A DNA stretch of 64,000 nucleotides from Planctomycetota bacterium (GTDB lineage Bacteria > Planctomycetota > UBA1135 > UBA2386): the NCBI GenBank assembly GCA_965223545.1, contig OZ245006.1, positions 5,792,001-5,856,000 on the forward strand. The letters run 5' to 3'. The notes under the pieces were generated by a model. The model ran no database searches and was not told the origin of the DNA. It saw only the letters and a list, made by a program, of their open reading frames with translations. Position numbers and translations under genes: made by a program. Positions 1 to 10,200 of this stretch are shown one piece after another. Numbering within the stretch: the first letter of the stretch is position 1; every line of letters begins with the position of its first letter.

Positions 1-1731
1 AACCAGATCCTGCCGCCGTTCGATCACGCCTACCAGCCATCGTTCAGTCAGGTCGTCGCGGTCGGGTCGAACCGCATGATCGAGGGGAGTGCCGGCTTCT
101 GGTCGGGTCCGCGATTGCCGGTGTACGCGCCCAACATGTTCTACGAGTGGCGCATGCAGTGCTCGGAGTTCCACGTGCGCGGCATTGGCGTCCCCGGCTG
201 CCCCAACGTGCTGGTGGGCTACGCGATGCAGCCCTCGTTCTCGGTGGCCTGGGGCCTGACCGCGCTGGCGGCCGATCAGGCGGACTTGTTCAGCCTCACT
301 CTGAACGGCAATGGCTACACGCTCGATGACGACTTCACTCCGTTCGATCCCGACGACACGACGACCGTCTACATCAAGAACCCGGACGGGTCGCTCAGCA
401 CGACCACGGCAACCTACAAGAACACGGTTTGGGGACCGGTCGTTGCCAGTGGCCCGCAGGGGACCTTCGCCGTCGCCCGGGTCCCGCTGCACGACGATCC
501 CGGGGCTTCGCCCGCCGCGATCGACACGTTTGCCGCCTTGATGCGCATGTACCGGGCGACGAGCGAAGCCGAGTACACCGCGGCGCTCGAAGACTGGAGC
601 TACCCATCGGCCAACATGGTCTTCGCCCTGGGCTCGGGCCGGGTCGGCCACGCCATGCTCGGTGCCATCCCCGTGCGTGACGGCGACAACCCCCTCGCCG
701 GAATCCTGCCGCAGGACGGGTCGGTCAGTAGCAATGGGTGGCAGGAGTTCCTGCCGCACGCGGTGCGCCCGCTGGCGGTGCGCGACGAGAACGGCGTGTT
801 CTTCTCGGGCAACCACCTTCCCATCGGCAGCTGGTATCCGATGAGTGCCTATGTGCCGGGCGCCGGCGACACCGAGCGTTCGTATCGGCTGCGGCGGTTG
901 GAGGAGTCCCTCGCGGGCGGGTTCTTCACCGAGCGAACCCTAGACACCCAGCCGCGGGTCGCGGCGCGCGAGGTCGTGCTCGGCATCGTCGAGATCGCGA
1001 ACGCGATGCCGGCCACGGCACGGCGCGGTGAGGCGATCGACGATCCTCAGGCGGTCGAGGCCCTCGGCAGACTGAACACGTGGATCGCCACCAACGGCGG
1101 TGCCATGCAGGGAGGGCAGGGCGAGGATTACAGTGGCGTCCTCGTCGCCGATCGCTTCCCGCGGCGCTTGGCGGTGAGCGCGTTGTTCCCCAGCTATCAA
1201 GTGTACGGCCGGGGCGAGGATGCACTGAAGACGATGGTGCGGGAGCTGCGGCGCAAGATCGCGGAGGGCGTGGCGTTCGACAACCGCGAGATCGCGACCG
1301 TCGAGAACATGCTGATCCAGGCGTTGCAGGAGGCGATGGCGATTGGGGGGGACCCGCCGCTGTGGGGCCAGAAGTACGACGAGGGCCGGGCCGCGAAAGT
1401 CACGCGCTTCGACAGCTTGTCGCAAGGCGGCTCGGTGCTCGGTGCAGGGCAGGTCGTCGAGGCGACGGCGCTCGGCATCCAAGGGCTTCTGCACGCCGTG
1501 GACAAGGACAGCCTCGCCGACATCGACAACGCCGCATACAACACGGTCGTCGTGCTCGACGGGACCGGCCAGCGGAGCCGCGCCTGCATGGGGCTCGGCC
1601 AGTCCGAGCTGCCCGGCGATCCCCACGAGTTCGATCAGGCCCCACTGTGGGCCGGCGGGCTGCTGCGGGACGCCAGCCTGCAAACCCCGGGAGTGGCACC
1701 GACGTTCACGGCGACCTACCCGACACCGTGA
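1..1731 (+). CDS. Penicillin acylase family Ntn-hydrolase, 5'-truncated by window edge
   Basis: Frame is open from base 1. FSQVVAVGSNR...SGPRLP resembles the beta-chain N-terminus (candidate nucleophile Ser at 46-48). Also WGLT...DQADL, TVWGPV, SANMVFA, SGNH and GQSE..GDPHEFDQAPLW. Confidence 0.8.
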   Translation, partial: NQILPPFDHAYQPSFSQVVAVGSNRMIEGSAGFWSGPRLPVYAPNMFYEWRMQCSEFHVRGIGVPGCPNVLVGYAMQPSFSVAWGLTALAADQADLFSLTLNGNGYTLDDDFTPFDPDDTTTVYIKNPDGSLSTTTATYKNTVWGPVVASGPQGTFAVARVPLHDDPGASPAAIDTFAALMRMYRATSEAEYTAALEDWSYPSANMVFALGSGRVGHAMLGAIPVRDGDNPLAGILPQDGSVSSNGWQEFLPHAVRPLAVRDENGVFFSGNHLPIGSWYPMSAYVPGAGDTERSYRLRRLEESLAGGFFTERTLDTQPRVAAREVVLGIVEIANAMPATARRGEAIDDPQAVEALGRLNTWIATNGGAMQGGQGEDYSGVLVADRFPRRLAVSALFPSYQVYGRGEDALKTMVRELRRKIAEGVAFDNREIATVENMLIQALQEAMAIGGDPPLWGQKYDEGRAAKVTRFDSLSQGGSVLGAGQVVEATALGIQGLLHAVDKDSLADIDNAAYNTVVVLDGTGQRSRACMGLGQSELPGDPHEFDQAPLWAGGLLRDASLQTPGVAPTFTATYPTP

Positions 1732-1768
1732 GCCGGCGCCCCGCGCGGGTCCCTTGTAGCGAGAAAAT

Positions 1769-1781
1769 CGAGTCTGACTCG
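1769..1781 (-). terminator. Possible hairpin between convergent genes
   Basis: CGAGTC-T-GACTCG inverted repeat followed by ATTTT on the minus strand. Short stem. Confidence 0.25.
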
Positions 1782-1792
1782 GTACGTCTCGT

Positions 1793-3769
1793 CTACTTGG
1801 CGAGGATTTCGGTGGCGCGGCGGCGGAGGCGATCGAGGGCTGCCGCGTGGGCGGGGTCGTCGGCCAGGTCGTGTTCCTCGAGGGGATCGGCGTCGAGGTC
1901 GTAGAGCTCCTCGATGCCGTCACCGTTGTGGATGTAGTGCAGCGGGCCCTCGAAGAGCGCGTGCAGTGGCCCGCGTGAGTGTGGTTCGAAGGATGCGACG
2001 TTGATCCCGGCGGTGAGCTCGCACAGGACCGGCGATGGTTCGACGGCGTCCCCGCGCAGGGCGGCGATCAGCGACGCGCCGGGCCAACGGTCACCGGTGT
2101 TGTCGAGGCAGTCGAACAGGGTCGCCGCCATGTCGCGCTGCGTGACCTCGCGCTCGTATCGGGTGGCGGGCAGCACGCCGGGCAGCGTGAACGAAAACGG
2201 CACGTGGAGGTTGGGGCGGTAGAGGCTGTTGCCGTGCCCCATCAGGTCGTTCTCCTTGAAGTGCTCGCCGTGGTCACCGGCAATGATCACCAGCGTGTTG
2301 TCGAGCAGGCCCCGTTGGGCGAGCGCGTCGAATACTCGACCGGCTTGGGAGTCGAGGTAGGCGAGGCAGGCGTCATACGCGTCGATGAATCCCTGGATCT
2401 CCTCCTCCGACCAGTTCGAGGCGCGGTGGTTCCAGTGCGGGACCCATTCTGCCATCGGCGCGAAGTGGCCTTCGTACTCCGGCGGCGGGGCATACGGCTC
2501 GTGCGCGTCGAAGTAGTTGAGGAAGGCGAAGAAGGGCTGGTCCTCGACGTCGTCGAGCCAGCTCAAGAACAGGTCGGTGACGACCGTGGCGTCGTTGCGG
2601 GTGACCGCCTGGTATTGAGCCAAGCCCGTCATCCGGGCGATGGCGTCCCCCAGCGAGGTGCAGAATAGGGTGATGCCCGGCGTGATCTGGAAGTCCTCGT
2701 AGCGGTGAAAGCCACGCGCCAGCCCCTGCACGCCGAGGCAATAGCGGAGGTTGCCGACGAAACCGCCAGTGGCATACCCGCGCGCACCGAACTCCTCTGC
2801 GATCGTCGGCCAGGTGTCGTCCAGCGGCTTGCGCCAGTTGACCGACAGCTCGTGGTGGTAACGACCGGTGAACATGCTCGAGTGCGACGGGAGGGTCCAC
2901 GGCGACGTCGAGTAGGCACGCTCGAACAGCACCCCCCGCTCGGCCACGCCGTCGAGGTTCGGTGTCGTGGTGCGGTGGTAGCCGTAGCTCGACATGTGGT
3001 CCGCACGCACCGTGTCGAGCACGATCAACAGGACGTTCTTGGCTCCTGGTGCCGCCCGACCGCCCTCCGCGGGTGGCGTGGGGGCGCGGTTGGCCCACGC
3101 CATTTGGCCGACCGCGCCGAGCGCGAGGGCCACGATCAGCAATGGAGCGGCCCAGCGGCAGGCCACGACGACCGCGTTCGAGCGCGGCGCCAGCGAGCGA
3201 GCGATCGCGAATGCCGCGCACAGAGACAGAAACCAGACCGATCCCTGATCGAGGGAGCCGTACAGCCGGAGCTGGGTCCACACGACGACCAGTAGCGACG
3301 AAAACGCGACCGCGGGCAGTGACGCCCACCGGGGGCGGATCATTGCCACCGCGGCCCAGATCAGTCCCAGCACGAGATGCCAAACCAGGTAGCAGGCGGG
3401 TCCCAGCCACAGGACTTCCTCCGGCTGCCGCAGCACGACCCCCCGCGTCGCGGCGCGGATCGCATGGTGGGCCAGCTCGACTCCCCCGTTGAGCAACCCG
3501 ATGACCGCCGTGACGGCCAGGCACTCGTACGGCCCGCACTTTCGTGCCAGCGCGGTGGAAACCCGTTGGCGAAGGGCCGGTTCGGCGAAGAGGCCGAAGC
3601 CGATCATGGCGAAGCCCCCCGCCGCCAGCAGAAGCTGGGGCGTGCCGAGGCCGTGCCCGGCGCTGATCCCCAGCACATCGGCCAGGAACCCGACGAGGAC
3701 CGCGACTCCACCGGTCAGCAGGAGAAGCGTGGGTAGGGCGGCGCCGTGCGAGATTGGACTTGGCTTCAT
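1793..3769 (-). CDS. Membrane-anchored sulfatase-like hydrolase/transferase (alkaline phosphatase superfamily)
   Basis: Several N-terminal TM segments, then NVLLIVLDTVRADH, SPWTLPSHSSMFTG, NYFDAHEPY, GDHGE and EELYDLDADPLE. Confidence 0.88.
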   Translation of the reverse strand: MKPSPISHGAALPTLLLLTGGVAVLVGFLADVLGISAGHGLGTPQLLLAAGGFAMIGFGLFAEPALRQRVSTALARKCGPYECLAVTAVIGLLNGGVELAHHAIRAATRGVVLRQPEEVLWLGPACYLVWHLVLGLIWAAVAMIRPRWASLPAVAFSSLLVVVWTQLRLYGSLDQGSVWFLSLCAAFAIARSLAPRSNAVVVACRWAAPLLIVALALGAVGQMAWANRAPTPPAEGGRAAPGAKNVLLIVLDTVRADHMSSYGYHRTTTPNLDGVAERGVLFERAYSTSPWTLPSHSSMFTGRYHHELSVNWRKPLDDTWPTIAEEFGARGYATGGFVGNLRYCLGVQGLARGFHRYEDFQITPGITLFCTSLGDAIARMTGLAQYQAVTRNDATVVTDLFLSWLDDVEDQPFFAFLNYFDAHEPYAPPPEYEGHFAPMAEWVPHWNHRASNWSEEEIQGFIDAYDACLAYLDSQAGRVFDALAQRGLLDNTLVIIAGDHGEHFKENDLMGHGNSLYRPNLHVPFSFTLPGVLPATRYEREVTQRDMAATLFDCLDNTGDRWPGASLIAALRGDAVEPSPVLCELTAGINVASFEPHSRGPLHALFEGPLHYIHNGDGIEELYDLDADPLEEHDLADDPAHAAALDRLRRRATEILAK

Positions 3770-3960
3770 GGAGGCGGAGAATCGCGGATCGAGACGGTCA
3801 CGAGAGCGGGCGGGCGCGCGGCCCATCGGGTCGTGTGACCCAGCTCGACGAGGAGGTTACCCCCTGGTGGGAAGAAGCTTGGTCGGTCACCGTCCAAAGT
3901 CCATCATGCGGCGCGTCCGCTCGGGCCGTGCCCTGCGCTGTCGGAGTCCGACTCCGCAAG

Positions 3961-5289
3961 ATGATGATGGTTTCTTCAAACGCTCCCGCGCCGCGCGCGC
4001 TGTCGTTCGCTGCCGTTGCCGTGGTCTGTTCGCTCACCGGCTGCGCGGTCGTGCAGGAGACCCCCGTGGACCGCAGCCTCGCCCACCTCAAGGCGGCCAA
4101 CTACGAGCTGGCCTTCCAGGAGCTGCAGGGCGCGCGGGTGGACCCCTCGGATACGGTATACCGTACCGTGCAGCTGGCGTATTTGCTGGGCACCGGCCAG
4201 CGGTTGGTGTTCGAGGGCCGCGAGGGCGAGGCGATGGCGATCTACGAGGCCGTCCTCGACCGCTACCCCGGCAACCAGGTGGCCGCGCAATGGCGGCGCA
4301 AGTGCATGGTCAAGCTGGCGTCCTCGGCGGCGCGCCGCGGGGACCACGCGCGCAACGGCGGTGATCTCGAGGAGGCGCTGCTCGAGTACGCGGCGGCGCT
4401 CGAGTTCGTCGCCGACCACGACGGCGCCCTGCACGGCCGCGAGCTGGTCGCCAAGGAGCTCAATCGGCGCCGGCAACGGGCGGAGACGCACTACACGCAG
4501 GGCGTGCGCGCGCTCGGCGAGAAGCTGTGGGGACAGACCTGGTACCACATGGTCAACGCCGTCGAGATCGACCCCGAGCACGAGAAGGCGCGCGTGCGGC
4601 GCGATTCGGTCGCGCTGCGGCTGGAGGCGGCGCGGCTGGAGGCGGCGCGCGCGTTGGAGCGTTCTGGGCACTACGCCGCCGCGCTCAAGGCGTATCGCGA
4701 CTTGGCCAAGGACGACGAGTCCTCGGCCGAGCTCGCCGCCGCGATCGCGCGCATGGAGCGCGAGGTCGAGGTCGGAGAGGCTCTGCAGCGGGCGGAGATG
4801 GCGGCGATGCGCGGCGAGTACGACGCGGCGCGCACGCTGCTCGAGGACGTCCTGGACAAGACCGAGGCCGAGCAGGCGCGGGCCGCCGAGATGATGATCC
4901 TGGTGCGCGAGCGCGTGCTGGAGCGCCGGCTGGAGCAAGCGAGCATCATGGAGCTCGAGAACCAGATCGAGGAGGCGCTCGAGGAGTACCGCGCGATCGC
5001 CGCCGAGTGGGAGGGATTCCGCGACGTCGATGCGCTCGTGCAAGACCTCGAGGCGACCGTCTCAGCGGCGGCAGCGGCGCATCAGCGCGGCGTCGAGGCG
5101 CGCGACGCCGGCGATCTGCCGGCCGCCGTCGAGGCCTTCGAGGAGGCCCTGCTGGTCTACCCCGGCTACAAGGGGCTGGAGCGAGAGGTGGCGGAGCTGC
5201 AGGCGCGGATCGACGCGGGCGCCGAGCAGCCTCCGACCCCGTCCGCGGCCACGCCGACCGATCCCGCCGGCAACGGTGGCGGCGAGTAG
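3961..5289 (+). CDS. TPR-like repeat lipoprotein
   Basis: Lipobox SLTGC, followed by helical repeats such as AMAIYEAVLDRYPGN and AVEAFEEALLVYPGY. Confidence 0.75.
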   Translation: MMMVSSNAPAPRALSFAAVAVVCSLTGCAVVQETPVDRSLAHLKAANYELAFQELQGARVDPSDTVYRTVQLAYLLGTGQRLVFEGREGEAMAIYEAVLDRYPGNQVAAQWRRKCMVKLASSAARRGDHARNGGDLEEALLEYAAALEFVADHDGALHGRELVAKELNRRRQRAETHYTQGVRALGEKLWGQTWYHMVNAVEIDPEHEKARVRRDSVALRLEAARLEAARALERSGHYAAALKAYRDLAKDDESSAELAAAIARMEREVEVGEALQRAEMAAMRGEYDAARTLLEDVLDKTEAEQARAAEMMILVRERVLERRLEQASIMELENQIEEALEEYRAIAAEWEGFRDVDALVQDLEATVSAAAAAHQRGVEARDAGDLPAAVEAFEEALLVYPGYKGLEREVAELQARIDAGAEQPPTPSAATPTDPAGNGGGE

Positions 5290-5316
5290 GCCGCGCGCGG
5301 CGTAGGATGCGGTTTC

Positions 5317-7212
5317 GTGCGCATCCACTCGCTCACCACTCGCTTTCTGATCACGCTGCTGCTGTCCACCGCGCTGCCGTTCCTGGCGTTCGGCTGGTAT
5401 GCCCGCGTGGCCATGGAACAGCGGCTGGAAGAGCAAGTCGTGCAGGTGTTTCTGCCGGACCAGGCGCGGGTGGCCGCGGACGAGATCCGCGCCAAGCTGG
5501 AGCGCATCCAGCAGGCGTTGGGCATGCTGCAAGTAGCGACCGGCAAGCCGCTGCGCGCCGGCCGGCGCGCGGAGGAGATGGACGACTTGTTCGTGCAGGA
5601 CGTCGACAGCATGCCGCACTTCCACCCCGACCTCGTGCTGTTGGTCGACGAGACCGGCGTGGTGCGGGGGTCGCGGCTGCATCCGCGGTTGGATCCCAAG
5701 ACCATGGCCACCCGCCGCGCGCTGCTGCCCGCCCAGGTGGCCGACACCGATTGGTTCGCCGAGCTGTCGGAGCGGCGTGGCGGCGCGGTGTGGGAGTCGC
5801 GGCACCTGTCGCCGTACCTGCACAAGACTCCGCAGAAGGAGTCGCTCGATCCCAAGGACTACAGCTTCGCGTTGGCCTACACGGTGCCGACGGCGACGCC
5901 GGCGCGGTGGGGCGTCTACGCCTTGTTCTCGTGGAACGAGGTGCAGCAGGTGCTCGACGAGACCGCGCGGTTCCTGCGCGACGAGGCCGGCTTCCGGTCG
6001 GCGGAGGTGTTCTTGTGCGACGCGCGCGGCCACTTCCTGGCGCACACCGACCGCGCCCTCTACGCCGGCGCGCGCTTGCCGCTGGAGATGGCAGTGCAGC
6101 TCCCCGGGCCGGGCGGCGCGGTGGAGATGCCGATGGTCGGGGCGCAGCACGAGGAGCGCCGCGCCGGGTTTGCCGCGGTGGAGACGTCGTCGTCGCGGCT
6201 GGAGTGGTGGGTCGGCCTGCACGCGCGCGATGACGAGCTGCTGTCGACGAGCCGTGATCTCAGCAACGTCCTGCTGTTGGTGACCGCGGTCACCGCGCTG
6301 ATCCTGGTGGCGTGGTCGATGGTCGCCTCGCGCGCCATCCTGCGCCCGGTGCGGCGGCTCGCCGAGGCGACCGAACGGGTCGCGCGCGGCGACCTGACCG
6401 CGCGTGTGCCCGCCGGCGGGCGGCACGAGCTCGCCGATCTCGGCCGCGCCTTCAACCGCATGGCCGAAGACCTGGTCGAGCAGAGCGACAAGCTGCGCCA
6501 GGTCGAGCGACAGGCGGCGTGGGCGGAGATGGCGCGCCAGGTCGCGCACGAGATCAAGAACCCGCTGACGCCGATGCGCATGAGTGCGCAGCTGCTGCTG
6601 CGTGCCAAGGCGGAAGGCGACGCGCGGCAGGGCGAGCTGACCGATCGGCTAGCGCGCACCGTCCTCGAGCAGACGGACGCGCTGGCGCGCATCGCCTCCG
6701 ACTTCCGTTCGTTTGCCGGGCCACCGCAGCGCGCTTTCGAGACGGTGCCGGTCGACGACGTGCTGCGGGATGCCGAGCGCCACTTCGTGTCGATGAGCGA
6801 GAGTGGCGGCGTTCGCGTCGAGTTCGAGCTCGACACCGAGGGCGCAGTGGTCGCGGTCGACCGCGAGGAGATGCGCCGCGTGCTGCTCAACCTGCTGCAC
6901 AACGCGCACCAAGCGTGCGGTGCGCGCGGGCTGATCCGGGTCCGCAGCTTGCTGCGCGACGACCGTGTGCTGGTGCGGGTCATCGACGATGGGCCGGGCA
7001 TCGACCCCGAGGTCGAGCCCAAGCTGTTCGATCCGTACTTCACCACCAAGTCGTCGGGCACCGGTCTGGGGCTGGCGATCAGCCGGCGCATCCTCGAGGC
7101 GCACGGCGGCAGCATCGCGCTCGAGTCGACGCGCGTCGGCCAGACCGTGTTTCGCATCGAGCTGCCGCTGGCCGGCGCCGCGGCCGAGGCCGGGCAGGGA
7201 GTGACACGATGA
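5317..7212 (+). CDS. HAMP-domain sensor histidine kinase (NtrY-like)
   Basis: Two TM segments, HAMP domain, H-box WAEMARQVAHEIKNPLTP, N box NLLHNA, DDGPGI, FDPYFTTK and GTGLGL. Confidence 0.93.
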   Translation: MRIHSLTTRFLITLLLSTALPFLAFGWYARVAMEQRLEEQVVQVFLPDQARVAADEIRAKLERIQQALGMLQVATGKPLRAGRRAEEMDDLFVQDVDSMPHFHPDLVLLVDETGVVRGSRLHPRLDPKTMATRRALLPAQVADTDWFAELSERRGGAVWESRHLSPYLHKTPQKESLDPKDYSFALAYTVPTATPARWGVYALFSWNEVQQVLDETARFLRDEAGFRSAEVFLCDARGHFLAHTDRALYAGARLPLEMAVQLPGPGGAVEMPMVGAQHEERRAGFAAVETSSSRLEWWVGLHARDDELLSTSRDLSNVLLLVTAVTALILVAWSMVASRAILRPVRRLAEATERVARGDLTARVPAGGRHELADLGRAFNRMAEDLVEQSDKLRQVERQAAWAEMARQVAHEIKNPLTPMRMSAQLLLRAKAEGDARQGELTDRLARTVLEQTDALARIASDFRSFAGPPQRAFETVPVDDVLRDAERHFVSMSESGGVRVEFELDTEGAVVAVDREEMRRVLLNLLHNAHQACGARGLIRVRSLLRDDRVLVRVIDDGPGIDPEVEPKLFDPYFTTKSSGTGLGLAISRRILEAHGGSIALESTRVGQTVFRIELPLAGAAAEAGQGVTR

Positions 7213-10200
7213 CGGAGCCCAGGAGCAAAGCGACACAGGAGCGCACCCGCACGCTGGTCACCGCCGGGATCGCCGCGCTGCTGCTCGCCTCCCTGGTGTG
7301 GTGGGCCGTCCCGCTGTTCTCGACCGCTGCGCCCGCGCCGGCTCCGGGCAGTGAGGGTAGCACGCTGCAGGGCGATCTCGCCGCGCAGCCGGACGACATC
7401 GACGGGCGGCTGCGCGCGCGGATCGTCGCCGAGGCTTCGGCCTCGTCGCCGGCGACCGGAGTCCGCGGCCGGGTGGTCGCCGCCGCCGACGGCCGTCCGC
7501 TGGCCGATGTCGAGGTCGTCGCCCTGCGTCGCCCGCCGAGTCTCGAGCGGCTGTGGAGCCGCGTGGTCGGCCTGCTCCGCCACGGCATGTGGACCGACGC
7601 CGGGCAGCTGCCGGAGGTGCTCGGTCGGACCACCACCGACACGAGCGGCCGCTTCGAGCTCTTGCGGCTGGCGCCGGGTCGCGTGTATCTCGATGCGCGT
7701 TCGTCGAAGGTCTTCGTGCGGACCCCGCGCGCCGTGCGCGTGGCGCGCGGCGAGGTGCGGGACGGCATCGAGCTGCTCGGCGTGCCGGCGGGTGCGCTGC
7801 GCGGTCAAGTGTTCACCCCTGTCGGCAGTGCCGCCGCCGGCGCCCGGCTCACCGCGGTACCGGGAATCAACAAGTTCTTCGTCCACTTGACCCAGCGCAC
7901 GCTGCGATGGTTCGACGTCGAGGCGGACGCCGAGGGCCGCTTCTCGATCCTCGGGGTGCCGGCCGGCGACTACGTCGTGGTGGCCAACCATCCGAGCATG
8001 GCGCTGCTGGAGGAAGTGGGCGTCGAAGTGCGGGCCGGCGAGACGACGACCCTCGAGCTGCACGGCCGCGCCGGCGCCGAGATCAGCGGAGTGGTGCTCG
8101 ATCCCGAGGGCGCGCCGGCGACCGCGGCGACGGTGTCGCTGATCTTCGCCGACGAGCAGCGGGCGTTGTTCAGCAGCCAGGGGCGCAGCGCGCCGTGGCC
8201 GGTCGACCGCGCAGGTCGGTTCCGGATTCCGCGGGTCGCATCCGGTCGGGTGGCGATCGCGGCGCACGCCGAGGGGCTGGCGCCGTCGCCGGTGCAGGTG
8301 CTCTACGTCGTCGATGACGCGCCGCACACCGACCTCGTGCTGGAGCTGCAGCCCGGCGACGCCCTCCGCGGCCGCGTCGTCGACGGCCAGGACGAGCCGC
8401 TGGCCGATGCGGTCGTGTCGGCCTGGCCCGTGCACCTGCCGACCGATGCCGACGTCACGCTGGGCATGCTCAAGATCCGCAAGGTGACGGCGCGCAGCGA
8501 TGCGGACGGCGCCTTCGCCATCCCGGGGCTGGACGCCGAACGCCTGGTGGTGCGCGCCGACAAGCCCGGCTACGCCACGGCCTTCCACTTCGGCGCGCGA
8601 CTCGACGACGAGCCGCTGGTCGTCCGCTTGATGCGCGGCGCGACGGTCCGCGGCCGCGTGGTGGATGAGAACGGAGAGCCCAAGGCCCGGTATGCGGTGC
8701 AGGCGCTCGCCCGGCCCCGCGGCGGTGACGAGGACACGCGGCGCCGCGGTCCGCTGTGGGCGGCGGCGTTCGGCAGCGAGCCGCAGCAGATGCAGTTCCG
8801 CGAAGGCAAGGACCTCGCCGACTTCGGCATCGAGGGGGACTGGGTCGACGTCGTCGCCGAGGACGGCCGCTTCTCGCTCGACGGCGTGCCGCCGGGACGC
8901 GTGCGGGTGCGGGTGCGGGTCGAGGGTAGCGCGTCGCCCGACGAGCAGTACGTCGATCTGCTGCCGGGGGCGGTGTCGCCGGAGCTCGAGTTCGTCGCCG
9001 GCGCCGGGATCACCGTTTCCGGCCGGGTGGTCGATGCGGAGAGCGGCGCCGGGGTGCCGGGTGCGCAGGTCACCGGCCACCGCGCCGGCGTGCAGCGGCG
9101 CGGGCTGATCGCCAACCTCGAGCTCGAGGACTTCGACTTCCTCGGGCTGTCGGCCAACAGTGGCCGGCGCTCGGCTTTGACTGGCCGGCAGGGAGAGTTC
9201 GCGATCACCGGCATCGAGCCCGGCCGCTACCGCTTCGTCGCGCGGCACCCCGACCGGGCCAAGAGCGCCGGCGTGCAGCTCGAGCTGGTGGCGGACGAGA
9301 CCCCGGAGCCGCTGCGGCTCGAGCTGGGGAGTGGTGGCGCGATCGCCGGGCGGGTCACCGGTGCCGGCCGGCAGCCCGTCGAGGACGCGTTGGTGGTGGC
9401 CTTGAGCCTGTCGGCGGGGGCGATGAAGGGCGGCGCCACCGACGCGCGCGGCCGCTACCGGATCGAGGGACTGACTCCCGGCCAGTACGTCGTCTTCAAG
9501 TCGCGCATCGCCGACTACACCCGCAACGTCGCCTACGACCTGCTCGGCAACATGCGCCTGAAGACCGCAGCGGTGCGCGCCGGTCGCACCGCGCAGGTCG
9601 ACATCCACGACGCCGAGGAGGGCACTGTGCGGGTCTACGGCGTGGTCCGCGACGGCGGCCAGCCGGTGGCCAACGTCATGGTCAGCGCGCTTTCGCACGA
9701 CGCCGAGGGCATCCTCGGCATGGGCGTGCGCGCGCAGCCGACCGACGACGCCGGCGCCTACGAGCTGGTGGGCATGAAGCCGGGCCGCTACTACCTACAG
9801 GTCACCCGCTTCATGGGCCGCCGCCAGCAGGCGGACACCGCGTTCGACATCCCCGAAGGCGTCGCCCAGGTGCGCGTCGACCTCGATCTGCCGCAGAGCG
9901 TGGTGCGCGGACACGTGCTGGATGCCGACGGGCAGCCGGTGGGCGACGTCATCGTGCAGGTCGGGGTCGAGCGCGGCGCGGCGGGGCTCGACGCCGGCGA
10001 TGCCCCGTCGGGCCTGCTCGGTGTGCTGCTGCAGAACAACGTGCTGCAGGTGCGGTCGGCCAGCGACGGCAGCTTTGCCTTGCGCGGCCTGGGGCCGGCG
10101 GTCTATCGCGTCGTCGCCGCCGGCCGCCGGCTGACCGGTGCGCGCCGCGACCTCTACGGCGACGCCATCGCCGGCGGCATCGCGGTCGATGGGGTCCACG

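Noticed and set aside
6312..7208. Long N-terminal extensions in the ORF track (also 34376, 38309, 46793, 48227, 53613, 59043)
   Set aside because: They overlap upstream genes; downstream starts with an RBS, overlap or signal peptide fit better.
6060..9698. 1212-aa minus-strand ORF and many other long antisense or alternate-frame ORFs (e.g. 19550-21280, 35576-37864, 51134-53413, 59619-61997)
   Set aside because: Shadow ORFs of GC-rich coding DNA: Arg/Ala/Pro-rich, no motifs, and overlapping well-supported genes.
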